DNA from: an uncultured Rhodothermales bacterium
Lineage (GTDB): Bacteria > Bacteroidota > Rhodothermia > Rhodothermales > VXPQ01
Direction: 5' to 3'
DNA length: 64,000 bases
Assembly (NCBI GenBank): GCA_964487555.1
Contig: CAZART010000010.1
Coordinates: 349 to 64,348 of the forward strand
A model generated the notes under the pieces. The model saw only the letters and a program-made list of their open reading frames with translations, had not been told where the DNA came from and did no database searches. This document shows, in pieces, positions 45,702 through 54,934 of the stretch. The position numbers were made by a program, and so were the translations under genes. Each line of letters begins with the position of its first letter. The first letter of the stretch is position 1.

Positions 45702-46468
45702 CCTTACGCATTCTTGCATTTCTACTGTTGTTGCCGTGGACGGCGGATGACGGCGACGAGGAAGGTCGCCGCGGTAACGAGTTCTACGCGCAGCAACAAT
45801 TTGCCCTCGCGATCGAGTCGTATGATCGCGGCCTTGCCGCCCTCTCCGGCGAGGCGCCGCGACTGCTGCGGTATGGATTGCTGAACAATCTCGGAGCTGC
45901 GCTTCTCAAGTCCGGAGACGCCGAGGCCGCCGGCGAAGCTTTCGCGCGTGCACTGAACGAGGCTCCGTCATCCGGCGACGTGGCGCGAACGTCTTACAAT
46001 GCGGGAAACGCGTCGTTCGCGGCACAAGATCTCGAGACGGCGCTCAAGCACTACCGCGAAAGTCTTCTGACCGATCCGACGAATGAAGACGCGAAGTTCA
46101 ACTACGAGTTCGTGAAGCGCCGGCTTCAGCAGCAGCAGCAGCAGGAGCAACAGCAGCAGGGCGATCAGCAGAATGAGGATCAACAGGATCAGCAGAACGG
46201 TGATCAGGAGCAAGAAGGCGGAGAGCAGAATCAGGACCAGCAGCAGGATGAGCAGCAGGACGGCGGCTCTCAACAGGAGCAGCAAGAATCTCCGTCAGAA
46301 CAGGAGGACGCGCAAGCGGAGCAGTCCCGACAACAGCCCTCACCCAATGATCTGAGTGAAGAACAGGCGCAGCAGATCCTTCAGGCTCTCCAGAATGAGG
46401 AGGAGCAGCTCCTGAGACAGGTCCAGCGCCCAAAATCGCGACCGCGTCAAGTCGAAAAAGATTGGTAG
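45698..46468 (+). CDS. batC: TPR protein BatC with long Gln/Glu/Asp-rich tail
   Basis: TPR-like NEFYAQQQFALAIESYDRGL, NLGAALLKSGDAEAA and ALKHYRESLLTDPTNEDAKFNYEF, then about 90 aa of Q/E/D low complexity. It overlaps batB by ATGA. Confidence 0.75.
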   Translation: MTLRILAFLLLLPWTADDGDEEGRRGNEFYAQQQFALAIESYDRGLAALSGEAPRLLRYGLLNNLGAALLKSGDAEAAGEAFARALNEAPSSGDVARTSYNAGNASFAAQDLETALKHYRESLLTDPTNEDAKFNYEFVKRRLQQQQQQEQQQQGDQQNEDQQDQQNGDQEQEGGEQNQDQQQDEQQDGGSQQEQQESPSEQEDAQAEQSRQQPSPNDLSEEQAQQILQALQNEEEQLLRQVQRPKSRPRQVEKDW

Positions 46469-46471
46469 CGG

Positions 46472-48349
46472 ATGAGAATGACTTCTCACATCGTCACGAG
46501 CGCCCTTGCGGCATGCCTCCTTTTGGCGGGGACGGCACAGGCGCAGCAGGTGGAAGTCGTTGCCACCGTAAGTACAACCACGATCGGGCTGGACGAACAG
46601 CTCCTATACAGTATCGAGGTCAAAGGGGCCTCGATGTCTTCCGTCTCGACACCGGAGCCACCGTCCACGCAGAATCTCTCTCTCGTTCAGCGAACGCCGA
46701 GCACGCAACGGAACATGACCATCATCAACGGAAATCTCCAACAAAGCATAGGCTTTCGGTGGGGATTCCGTCCCATTCAGGAGGGTGAGGCGGTGATCGA
46801 TGCCGCTCAGGTCACCGTGGACGGCAAGAACTATTCGACAGAAACCATCCGCATTCGAGTCGTACCGCAGGCGCAGCGGCCATCTCGCCCGCAAGCGGGT
46901 GGGCGCCCGCAGGCACCGTTCCGTTTCCCGCCTTCTCAAGGACAGGGCGATGCGGATGACGATCGAGCGATCGAGAAGAAAGATCTTTTCATTCGCGCCA
47001 TTCCCAGCGCCCGCGAGGCCCTTCAGAATGAGCAGGTGACCATCGAATACCAGCTTTTCTTCCGCGACGGCATTCAGCTTCGGCATAGCCGGCTTGCCGG
47101 TTCGTGGGATGCGGGAGGATTCTGGCGCGAGGAATTTGAGGTTGATACGCGGCCGATTCCGAAGAGCGTCGTCGAGAACGGACTTCTCTATCACATGATC
47201 GTACTGAAACGGGTTGCCGTCTTCCCGACTCGCCCCGGCCGCCTGTCGATCGATCCACTCAAGATCGAAACGGAAGCCTATTTTCCGTTCGGCTCCTCTG
47301 ATCCGTTCGAGCGGTTTTTCTCGCTGCGAAATCAGTTCGAAACGGTTGAGCTTGTCTCGGACCCCGTCCACATCGACGTACGTCCGCTGCCTTCCGGCGC
47401 ACCCCCCTCGTTCAGCGGCGCCGTCGGTAATTTCGATATGCGAGCGACCCTCGACCGTTCGGAGGTGGAAATCGGTGAGCCGATTGAAGTCGAAATTACG
47501 ATTTCCGGCACCGGAAATCTCGCTACGCTCGACCTACCTCCGTTCCGGCCACCCGGCATCTTTGAGCGTTACGACCCGGACATCGTCACGAACATCAAGC
47601 GAGATGGTCGGCGGATTGCCGGCAGTAAGACGTTTACTTACGTTCTTGTGCCGCGCTCGAACGGCGATTTCACGATGCCATCGGTTGAATTTGCCTATTT
47701 CGACCCGGCCATGAACCGCTATCAGACCCGCCGTGCCGAACTCGGCGAGGTGCGGGCTGTGGGAACGGCCGCTCCATTGGCGGCGGGGAGCACCGTCGAG
47801 GGCCTTCCCGTCGACGACATCGCGGGCATCATCACAGTGGCATCGTGGGAATCGACCGGCGAGACCCCGTTGCACATGAGCGTGTGGCCGTATCTTGTCC
47901 TGTTCCTCCCGCCACTCGGTCTCGCGGGCCTCTATCTATACGAGCGTCGAGCGCACCGTCTGGCGCACGATACGGAATTCGCGCGCGGCCGGATCGCGCA
48001 TCCGCTGGCAAGAAAGCACTTGAAGAAGGCCGACGCGCTGTTGAAGCAAAACGAGCCCCGGCTGTTTTATGAGGAAATTGAGCGGGCCGTCATGGGATTC
48101 GTCGGAAATCGTCTGAACGTGGCCGAACTCGGGCTAACGCGGGCGGAGCTTGACGCGCGGCTGACACACGTCGGCGTGGCGGAGCCCGTTCGCGATTCAC
48201 TCAAGCAGCTCCTTTCCGAATGCGACCAGGCGCAGTACGCTCCCGTACCACCCAGTCGAAAGACGATGGAAAGCGCCGAAGAACGTGCCTCCCGATTAAT
48301 CGTCGCGATCGACCATGCCGCCGGCCGGAAGGCCGCGGTTCAGGCGTAG
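46472..48349 (+). CDS. batD: BatD (oxygen-tolerance family) protein
   Basis: Signal peptide, repeated BatD-type beta domains (VEVVATVSTTTIGLDEQLLYSIEV, VTIEYQLFF, IEVEITISGTGNL), and a late TM (VWPYLVLFLPPLGLAGLYLY). Confidence 0.8.
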   Translation: MRMTSHIVTSALAACLLLAGTAQAQQVEVVATVSTTTIGLDEQLLYSIEVKGASMSSVSTPEPPSTQNLSLVQRTPSTQRNMTIINGNLQQSIGFRWGFRPIQEGEAVIDAAQVTVDGKNYSTETIRIRVVPQAQRPSRPQAGGRPQAPFRFPPSQGQGDADDDRAIEKKDLFIRAIPSAREALQNEQVTIEYQLFFRDGIQLRHSRLAGSWDAGGFWREEFEVDTRPIPKSVVENGLLYHMIVLKRVAVFPTRPGRLSIDPLKIETEAYFPFGSSDPFERFFSLRNQFETVELVSDPVHIDVRPLPSGAPPSFSGAVGNFDMRATLDRSEVEIGEPIEVEITISGTGNLATLDLPPFRPPGIFERYDPDIVTNIKRDGRRIAGSKTFTYVLVPRSNGDFTMPSVEFAYFDPAMNRYQTRRAELGEVRAVGTAAPLAAGSTVEGLPVDDIAGIITVASWESTGETPLHMSVWPYLVLFLPPLGLAGLYLYERRAHRLAHDTEFARGRIAHPLARKHLKKADALLKQNEPRLFYEEIERAVMGFVGNRLNVAELGLTRAELDARLTHVGVAEPVRDSLKQLLSECDQAQYAPVPPSRKTMESAEERASRLIVAIDHAAGRKAAVQA

Positions 48350-48357
48350 CCCGAACG

Positions 48358-49128
48358 ATGTACGCTCGTCCCTTCATCCTTGCGCTGCTGACCGGTCTGA
48401 TCGCAGTCTCGTCTCCGACGGCCGCGTCGTGCCAGGCCCTGGAGCGGGCCATCCGCCATTTCGACGAAGGCAACCTGCGCTATCGGCAGGGCGAATTCCG
48501 CGGCGCCCTGACCAGCTACGAAAAGGCCATCGACGAAGGATTCGTGAGCGGCGCCCTTTATTTCAACATGGGGAACGCCTACTACCGGCTCGACGAGATG
48601 GGACAGGCCATCCGCTACTTTGAGAAAGCAGCCGAAATCATGCCGCGAAGCGCCGAACTGGAACACAATCTCCAACTTGTCCGATCGCAAGCGGTCGACC
48701 AATTTTCTCGTCTTCCGAATCCCTTCTGGAAATCCGGGTGGCGCTTTGTCGTGGGGGTGTTTGGACCGACCGGATTGTTTGCCGTCGGGCTGATCTTCTA
48801 TTTCACCGCGATCGCCGTCCTTGCGCTTCGCATTCGCAGCGGCCAGACGCCGTGGCGCCGCCGGATTCTCTCCGTATCGGTGGCCCTGGCCATCGTTTTC
48901 GTAGGTGCCGGCTTCAGCGCATCGGTCGAACATCAGTCGGCGAGCCGGGCCGTCGTACTCATCGATGAAGTTACACTCCTCGAAGCGCCCGAAGGAGCGC
49001 GCTCCGATCTGGACATCCATGAAGGCCTCGTTGTCGATGTCGTACGGAGTCGAGACGAATGGATGGAAGTGCGCCTCCCGAATGGAGCGAAAGGGTGGGT
49101 TCGCAGCGAAGTTCTCGGACTCATATAG
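48358..49128 (+). CDS. batE: BatE-like TPR + SH3b protein
   Basis: TPR motifs (YEKAIDEGFVSGALYFNMGNAYYRLDEMGQAIRYFEKAAEI), two TM helices, and a C-terminal SH3b-like WMEVRLPNGAKGWVRSEVL. Confidence 0.7.
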   Translation: MYARPFILALLTGLIAVSSPTAASCQALERAIRHFDEGNLRYRQGEFRGALTSYEKAIDEGFVSGALYFNMGNAYYRLDEMGQAIRYFEKAAEIMPRSAELEHNLQLVRSQAVDQFSRLPNPFWKSGWRFVVGVFGPTGLFAVGLIFYFTAIAVLALRIRSGQTPWRRRILSVSVALAIVFVGAGFSASVEHQSASRAVVLIDEVTLLEAPEGARSDLDIHEGLVVDVVRSRDEWMEVRLPNGAKGWVRSEVLGLI

Positions 49129-49785
49129 ATGATGGAACCGGTTATTCTCCATAGAGCGGCGCAGAGGGGTTGGATCGAGTTGATTTGCGGTTCGATGTTT
49201 AGCGGCAAGACCGAGGAACTGATCCGCCGCCTGCGCCGTGCTCGAATTGCCCGTCAGCGCGTCGATATTTTCAAACCGGCGATAGAAACACGGTACAGCC
49301 GGCATGAGGTCGTTTCGCACGATGACACGGCAATCCATTCTACGGCGGTCGAAACGGCGCAGGAGATCCTCGTCCTGGTTGGTGACGCCAATGTCATCGG
49401 TATCGACGAGGCCCAGTTTTTCGATCAAGACCTGGTTCGTGTCGCCGACAAACTGGCACGGACAGGAAAACGCGTGATCATCGCGGGGTTGGACCAGGAT
49501 TATCTCGGACGTCCTTTCGAGCCGGTGCCGTCTTTGATGGCCATCGCGGAGCACGTGACGAAGCTGCATGCGGTCTGCGTCGTCTGCGGCGCGCCCGCCA
49601 ACCATTCGCAGCGGATCTCGACCAGCCAGGAACGTGTGATGCTGGGTGCGATCGAAGCGTACGAGCCGAGGTGTCGTCAGTGCTTTGAGCCGCACGCTAT
49701 TTCAAAGTCGGCGCAAACGGAGATGGAATTGGAGGAAGGGGAAGGAAAGGGGGAGAAGGAAGGAGAACGGATCAAAGATAGATGA
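49129..49785 (+). CDS. tdk: Thymidine kinase
   Basis: P-loop [23 protein letters not shown], Zn site CVVCG...CRQC, and an acidic or Lys-rich C-terminal tail. Confidence 0.9.
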   Translation: MMEPVILHRAAQRGWIELICGSMFSGKTEELIRRLRRARIARQRVDIFKPAIETRYSRHEVVSHDDTAIHSTAVETAQEILVLVGDANVIGIDEAQFFDQDLVRVADKLARTGKRVIIAGLDQDYLGRPFEPVPSLMAIAEHVTKLHAVCVVCGAPANHSQRISTSQERVMLGAIEAYEPRCRQCFEPHAISKSAQTEMELEEGEGKGEKEGERIKDR

Positions 49786-49996
49786 CCGAGCACCGCTTTC
49801 GGATCCTTTACAACGTCATCTCACGGCTTGTCTGCGCGGGTTCGGGATCTTGCGAATGAGGCCGTAGTCTGCTATGTTGAGCCGTCGCGTCCACCGGCGG
49901 ATGGCCCGCTTTTCAACCGCCCGAATCTCGTACGATCGAGGACATTCGGCGGCGCACGTTGGCCGCCCTACTCTGCTTGTCGTATTGCGTTTGCCG

Positions 49997-51916
49997 ATGG
50001 CCACTCAAAGGTATCTCGTCACTGCTCGGAAATACCGCCCTCAATTATTTGAGGAGCTCGTCGCGCAGGAACACGTCACGGAGACGCTGAAGAACGCCAT
50101 CCGTCTCGACCGTCTTGCCCACGCCTATCTGTTTAGCGGCCCGCGAGGCGTTGGGAAAACGACAGCCGCGCGAATACTGGCGAAGGCGATCAACTGCACG
50201 ACGCCTCTGGAAGAACGCAAAGGAAGCGCCGAACCCTGCCGCCGGTGCGATTCGTGCCGCACGTTCGAAGAAGCACGCAGCCTCAACATTATCGAGATCG
50301 ACGCGGCCTCGAACAATAAGGTCGACGACATCCGCGATCTCAGAGAGACCGTACGGATTCCCCCTTTAGGCGGGCGCAAGAAGGTGTACATCGTGGACGA
50401 AGTCCACATGCTTTCTACGGCGGCCTTCAACGCGCTGCTAAAGACGCTCGAAGAACCGCCGCCGCACGTCCTTTTCATCTTCGCGACGACGGAGCCTCAC
50501 AAGGTGCTGGCAACCATCCTGTCGCGGTGTCAGCGGTTTGATTTCCGCCGGATCGCCGTTCCGGAAATCGTTTCACGCCTGCGCGAGATCTGCGGCGAGG
50601 AAGGCATAACGGCGGATGAAGCCTCCTTGATGCTCATAGCACGGAAGGGTGACGGTGCCTTGCGCGATGCGCTGTCCGTCTTCGACCAGGCCGTCTCGCT
50701 TTGCGGCAGCGATCTGCAGTACGCCGAGCTGGCGCAGGCACTCGGCGTCGTCGACATCGACCTCTATTTTGAAAGTACGAACCTAGTCACCGAGCGCAGT
50801 GCGGCCGGCATGCTTCGCCTGGTCGATCGAATCGTCCGATCCGGGTACGATATTCAGGAATTCCTCAGCGGCCTCGCCGAGCATCTCCGCAATCTGCTCG
50901 TGGCCCGCGCGATGTCCGACACGTCTCTGATCGAGGCGGCGGAGGCGACGCGCGAGCGCTACGCCCTGGCGGCAGCGACATTTTCGGAGACGGACTTGCT
51001 ACGCCTCCTAACGCTGGTCTCCGGCGCCGAAGAATCGATAAAGAATAGTCCGCAGCCGCGACTGCGGCTCGAGACGGCCCTCTTGAAAATGGCCGCGATC
51101 ACGCTCGCCGCCGATCTCCGCCAGGCCATCGACAAGATCGATCGTCTCGAAAAGATGGCGCGTGAGGGCACGCTACCGGCCGACCTCGGCAACGGATCCG
51201 CATCCGGCGATGGTGGCCCCGGGGAGGGCGGGAACGGACCTAAATCGAGCGATGCCGGTGCGGCTCCGTCCGGCACGCCGTCTCCGCCAAAGTCGGCTCG
51301 ACACGAAAATCACGCGGAATCCCGCCTACAACCGCCGACACCCGGCGACGAGACCCCCTCCTCCCCGCCACAAACGCCACACGGCTCCGAGGCGCCGCCC
51401 TCCTCCTCTTCTGATCGTCGCTCTCCCGCCCGGGATATCTTCGGCAAGCCCGCCATAGAGCGAAAGAATCCGCCGCCGTCTACGAACTCGGCGTCGAGCT
51501 CGGCGACCGACGAGGTCGATGTCGCCGTTGCGGAGGCACCAAATGTCGCTCCCCTGACGCAGATTTGGGACGATCTCGTGGCCCAGGTCACCGAAGATCG
51601 CATCCACGTCGGCTCACTTCTCAAGCACAGCAGGCCGCAGGACCTGTGCGACGGCGTCGCCATGATCGGCGTGCCGGACGACTTTCACCATCGTTTGCTC
51701 AGCCATCAGCAAGAATATCTGATCGAGCAAATCAAGCCGCTGCTCTCGGTGTCGATTCGATCGATGCGCTTCAGCATCCGTGACGATCTCGATGCGCCCG
51801 GCGCGGACGAAACCGCCTCAGATTTCGATCCGTACGAGTACATGCAGCGAAAACGGCAGGAGAACCCTGTAATCCGTGCCCTTTTTGATCAGTTCGGCGG
51901 TGAGCTGGTGTGGTAG
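49997..51916 (+). CDS. dnaX: DNA polymerase III subunit gamma/tau
   Basis: ARKYRPQLFEELVAQEHV, GPRGVGKTT, Zn module CRRCDSC, IVDEVHMLS and SRCQRF. A Pro/Ser-rich linker precedes the C-terminal domain. Confidence 0.92.
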   Translation: MATQRYLVTARKYRPQLFEELVAQEHVTETLKNAIRLDRLAHAYLFSGPRGVGKTTAARILAKAINCTTPLEERKGSAEPCRRCDSCRTFEEARSLNIIEIDAASNNKVDDIRDLRETVRIPPLGGRKKVYIVDEVHMLSTAAFNALLKTLEEPPPHVLFIFATTEPHKVLATILSRCQRFDFRRIAVPEIVSRLREICGEEGITADEASLMLIARKGDGALRDALSVFDQAVSLCGSDLQYAELAQALGVVDIDLYFESTNLVTERSAAGMLRLVDRIVRSGYDIQEFLSGLAEHLRNLLVARAMSDTSLIEAAEATRERYALAAATFSETDLLRLLTLVSGAEESIKNSPQPRLRLETALLKMAAITLAADLRQAIDKIDRLEKMAREGTLPADLGNGSASGDGGPGEGGNGPKSSDAGAAPSGTPSPPKSARHENHAESRLQPPTPGDETPSSPPQTPHGSEAPPSSSSDRRSPARDIFGKPAIERKNPPPSTNSASSSATDEVDVAVAEAPNVAPLTQIWDDLVAQVTEDRIHVGSLLKHSRPQDLCDGVAMIGVPDDFHHRLLSHQQEYLIEQIKPLLSVSIRSMRFSIRDDLDAPGADETASDFDPYEYMQRKRQENPVIRALFDQFGGELVW

Positions 51917-52030
51917 TACAGGCGGCGGGACGGTCGCAGGCGATTACGCATTCACGATGCCGGCGACCCGCACACTTGGCGTCCCGGCCGCATCCAACTG
52001 TCCATTCAGAATTCAACTCGGTAGACGCAC

Positions 52031-52369
52031 ATGGCGAACGGACCCAATATGGCCGACATGTTCGGCAAGATCATGGAGATGCAGCAGAAGATGAATGAGG
52101 TGCAGGAAAATCTGGCCTCCAAGTCCGTGACGGCCGAAGCAGGCGGTGGGATGGTCAAAGTGACGGCCAATGGTGCCCAGCGCATCACTGCCATCAAAAT
52201 CGATCCTGACGCCGTCGATCCTGAGGACCTCGAGTTACTCGAGGATCTCGTCATCGCCGGCGTGAACAAAGCCCTCGAAGAGGCGCAGGAGATCGCACGA
52301 AAGGAGATGCAGGGTGCCGCGGGGGGCATGTTGCCGCCGGGAATGGATCTGTCTTCGCTCGGGCTTTAG
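52031..52369 (+). CDS. ybaB: YbaB/EbfC family nucleoid-associated protein
   Basis: 112 aa with MQQKMNEVQENLASKSVTAEAGGGMVKVTANGAQRITAIKIDP. It lies in the conserved position between dnaX and recR. Confidence 0.88.
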   Translation: MANGPNMADMFGKIMEMQQKMNEVQENLASKSVTAEAGGGMVKVTANGAQRITAIKIDPDAVDPEDLELLEDLVIAGVNKALEEAQEIARKEMQGAAGGMLPPGMDLSSLGL

Positions 52370-52401
52370 AAAGCCCCGTGAGTACTCGCTGAATCACACC
52401 C

Positions 52402-53121
52402 ATGCATTATTCCTCGGAAAGCGTCGACGCGTTAGTCGAGCAGTTCATGAAACTGCCGAGCATCGGCCGCAAGACCGCGCAGCGCCTCGCCTCGTACGTC
52501 TTGAAGATGTCGCGTTCAGAGGTCGTCGAAATCGCAAAGGCCCTGGTCGACGTGAAAGATCGGGTAAAGAATTGCTCGATCTGCTTTAACGTAACCGACA
52601 ACGACCCCTGCCCCATCTGCGCCTCGCACCGCCGGGATCATTCCATCATCTGCGTGGTCGAGGATGCGAACGACGTCATGGCGCTCGAACGCACGAACGA
52701 ATACCGCGGTGTCTACCATGTGCTCGGCGGAGTGATCTCACCGCTCGACGGGATCGGGCCGGAGGACCTCCACATCCGTTCCCTGGTAAGTCGGATCGAT
52801 CCGGAATTCCGCAAGATGTCGTCGGACACGAACGGCACCGGCGCAGCGCCAAGCGAAGGCGGCGCCGACGAGGAGACGAACGGATCTGCCGTTTCAGAAG
52901 CGGCCGCCGAATACACGCATGGGATCGAGGTCAGCGAAGTGATTCTGGCGCTGAATCCGAATGTGGAAGGCGACACGACGGCCTACTACATCTCTCAACT
53001 TCTCAAGCCGCATGGCATCCGCATCACGCGCATTGCTCGCGGACTACCCATCGGGGGCGACCTCGAATATGCCGACGAGGCCACCCTGTCCCGCGCCATG
53101 GAAGGTAGAAGCGTCCTCTGA
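52402..53121 (+). CDS. recR: Recombination protein RecR (with an insertion of about 40 aa)
   Basis: Hh[14 protein letters not shown], Zn finger [16 protein letters not shown], Toprim [14 protein letters not shown] and [18 protein letters not shown], and C-terminal [14 protein letters not shown]. Confidence 0.9.
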   Translation: MHYSSESVDALVEQFMKLPSIGRKTAQRLASYVLKMSRSEVVEIAKALVDVKDRVKNCSICFNVTDNDPCPICASHRRDHSIICVVEDANDVMALERTNEYRGVYHVLGGVISPLDGIGPEDLHIRSLVSRIDPEFRKMSSDTNGTGAAPSEGGADEETNGSAVSEAAAEYTHGIEVSEVILALNPNVEGDTTAYYISQLLKPHGIRITRIARGLPIGGDLEYADEATLSRAMEGRSVL

Positions 53122-54782
53122 TGCTCGGCCGTCGCGGCAGCGTTGTACTCGCCTTCGTCGTACTCTTCATCCTCGCGGCGTACGTCGTATATCCGAGCCT
53201 TCGCACGTTCCTGATCGGACTCACGGTCGAGAACTACGCCGTAATATTTTCCTCCTGGACGTCTTCGAACGTTCGCGCTCTGGTTAATTCCGTGATGATC
53301 TCCGTCTTCACGGTCCTCGGCGCCGGCGTCCTGGGCACCGCCTTCGCCTATTTCTTCCATCGCTTCCTCTTTCCGCTTCGGGGCGTACTTATGGCGGTGG
53401 CGGCACTTCCACTTGCGCTGCCTCCACTCGTGGGCGTACTCGCGTTCCTGTTTCTCTACGGCGAGAGTGGAATATTCCCTCGGGGCATCCAGCACATATT
53501 CAGCCTTGCCGACGTACCGTTTTCCTTCGAAGGCCTCTGGGCGGTGTGGCTCGTGCACGTCTACACGATGTACGTCTACTTTTACCTGTTCGTAATGTCC
53601 GCCCTAGGCGGCATCGACAAGAGTCTACTCGAAGCCTCCGCGGGACTGGGCGCGTCTCCCGTAACTACCTTTCGAAGAGTGATCCTTCCGCAGCTTCGCC
53701 CCGCCCTCATCGGTGCTTCGCTGCTCGTTTTCATGATCTCGATGGCGTCGTTCACGGCACCTCTTCTCTTTGCCGGAACGGAGAATTTCTTGACGCTTCA
53801 GATCTACAATTACAAAACCAACGGCAATGTGGAGCTCTCGGCCGCGGTCTCGACCGTTCTGACGCTGATCTGCCTCGCTTTTCTTTTCATGCTGGAGTTC
53901 GGCCATCGTGAACGCGGCGGCGGCGCCGCGAAAGGAGTCGCCGCTGCTGCCAGTCCTGTTTCGGGCGGAGGGGCACGCGTCCTCGCCGTTTCGACCGCTG
54001 TGCTTATCCTGCTCTTTCTGCTTCTCCCTATCGCTACCGTCATTCTGATCTCGTTTGCCCGAGAAGGCGGCTGGACGTATCAGATCCTCCCGACGGCGTA
54101 TACGCTCGAAAACTACACCCTCCTCTTTCGCGACCCCGACGTCCTCGAACCTATCGTCAATAGTCTCCGAATGGCCGGGCTGGCCACGGCGGCGAATTTG
54201 ATGTTCGGCGTTGCCGCCGCCCTTTACATTACGAAGGGGCGGGTACCGGGACGGGGTCTTGCGCGGGTGCTGTCGGTGCTTCCGTTTGCCATTCCGGGCA
54301 CGGTGGTCGCCGTCAATCTCATCGTCACGTTCAATACGCCGACCGCGCTGGCGTTCGACGCCGTCCTCATCGGCAGCTTCTGGATCCTCCCGCTGGCGTA
54401 CTTCATCCGCAATATTCCGCTGATCGTCCGCTCCACGACGGCGGCCCTCGAACGGTACGACGACCGGCTCACGGAAGCATCGTCGGATCTTGGCGCGCGC
54501 TACGCCACCACGTTCCGACGAGTGATTCTGCCCGCCATTGCCCCGGGAATTGCGGCGGGCACGCTGCTGACCTTTGTCGCGGCCCTCGGGGAATTCGTCT
54601 CATCCATCATGCTGTACGTGTACAGCAACCGCCCCATAAGCGTGGAAATACTCGCTCAGCTCCGCCTCTACGATTTTGGCGCTGCGGCGGCCTACAGCGT
54701 ATTCCTGATGATTCTGATTGCCCTCTCCACCGTCCTCGTCCGCGCCGTTGGCCGCGGACGATTGGACGCTGCCGCATTCTGA
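53121..54782 (+). CDS. Two-module ABC transporter permease (Fe3+/thiamine/sulfate-type, FbpB-like)
   Basis: About 12 TM helices with two EAA loops (LEASAGLGASPVTTFRRVILPQLRP and TEASSDLGARYATTFRRVILPAIAP). Its ATG shares one nucleotide with the recR TGA. Confidence 0.75.
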   Translation: MLGRRGSVVLAFVVLFILAAYVVYPSLRTFLIGLTVENYAVIFSSWTSSNVRALVNSVMISVFTVLGAGVLGTAFAYFFHRFLFPLRGVLMAVAALPLALPPLVGVLAFLFLYGESGIFPRGIQHIFSLADVPFSFEGLWAVWLVHVYTMYVYFYLFVMSALGGIDKSLLEASAGLGASPVTTFRRVILPQLRPALIGASLLVFMISMASFTAPLLFAGTENFLTLQIYNYKTNGNVELSAAVSTVLTLICLAFLFMLEFGHRERGGGAAKGVAAAASPVSGGGARVLAVSTAVLILLFLLLPIATVILISFAREGGWTYQILPTAYTLENYTLLFRDPDVLEPIVNSLRMAGLATAANLMFGVAAALYITKGRVPGRGLARVLSVLPFAIPGTVVAVNLIVTFNTPTALAFDAVLIGSFWILPLAYFIRNIPLIVRSTTAALERYDDRLTEASSDLGARYATTFRRVILPAIAPGIAAGTLLTFVAALGEFVSSIMLYVYSNRPISVEILAQLRLYDFGAAAAYSVFLMILIALSTVLVRAVGRGRLDAAAF

Positions 54783-54934
54783 CGTCTGCCGGCCGCACGA
54801 GCATTTCATCTTATTTTGTCGCTCCGATCCCCTACTTTTGACGAGGTAAACCGTGCCGGAACCGATCGCACGTGAAAAGGCGCTCCTGCGAACGGCAATC
54901 CCCGTACAATGGCCGTGAAGCTCGATAGATTTAC

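Noticed and set aside
48340-49695. Long antisense ORFs: 451 aa at 48340..49695(-), and also 1164..1952(-), 2901..3827(-), 15334..16125(-), 26148..27071(-), 31043..31882(-), 40154..40900(-) and 61082..62134(-).
   Set aside because: Each lies entirely antisense to a gene with strong family motifs (batE/tdk, NHL, PSCyt-LRR, gdh, parA, AOS, AKR, sprA). They have Arg/Gly/Asp-rich composition typical of shadow ORFs in high-GC DNA. I recognise no motifs in them.
49786-49996. The intergenic region upstream of dnaX, where SRP RNA (ffs/scr) is located in many bacteria.
   Set aside because: No helix-8 motif (GGUCCGGAAGGAAGCAGC) or long hairpin was found there. There is only a weak CCGA...UCGG hairpin after the tdk stop.
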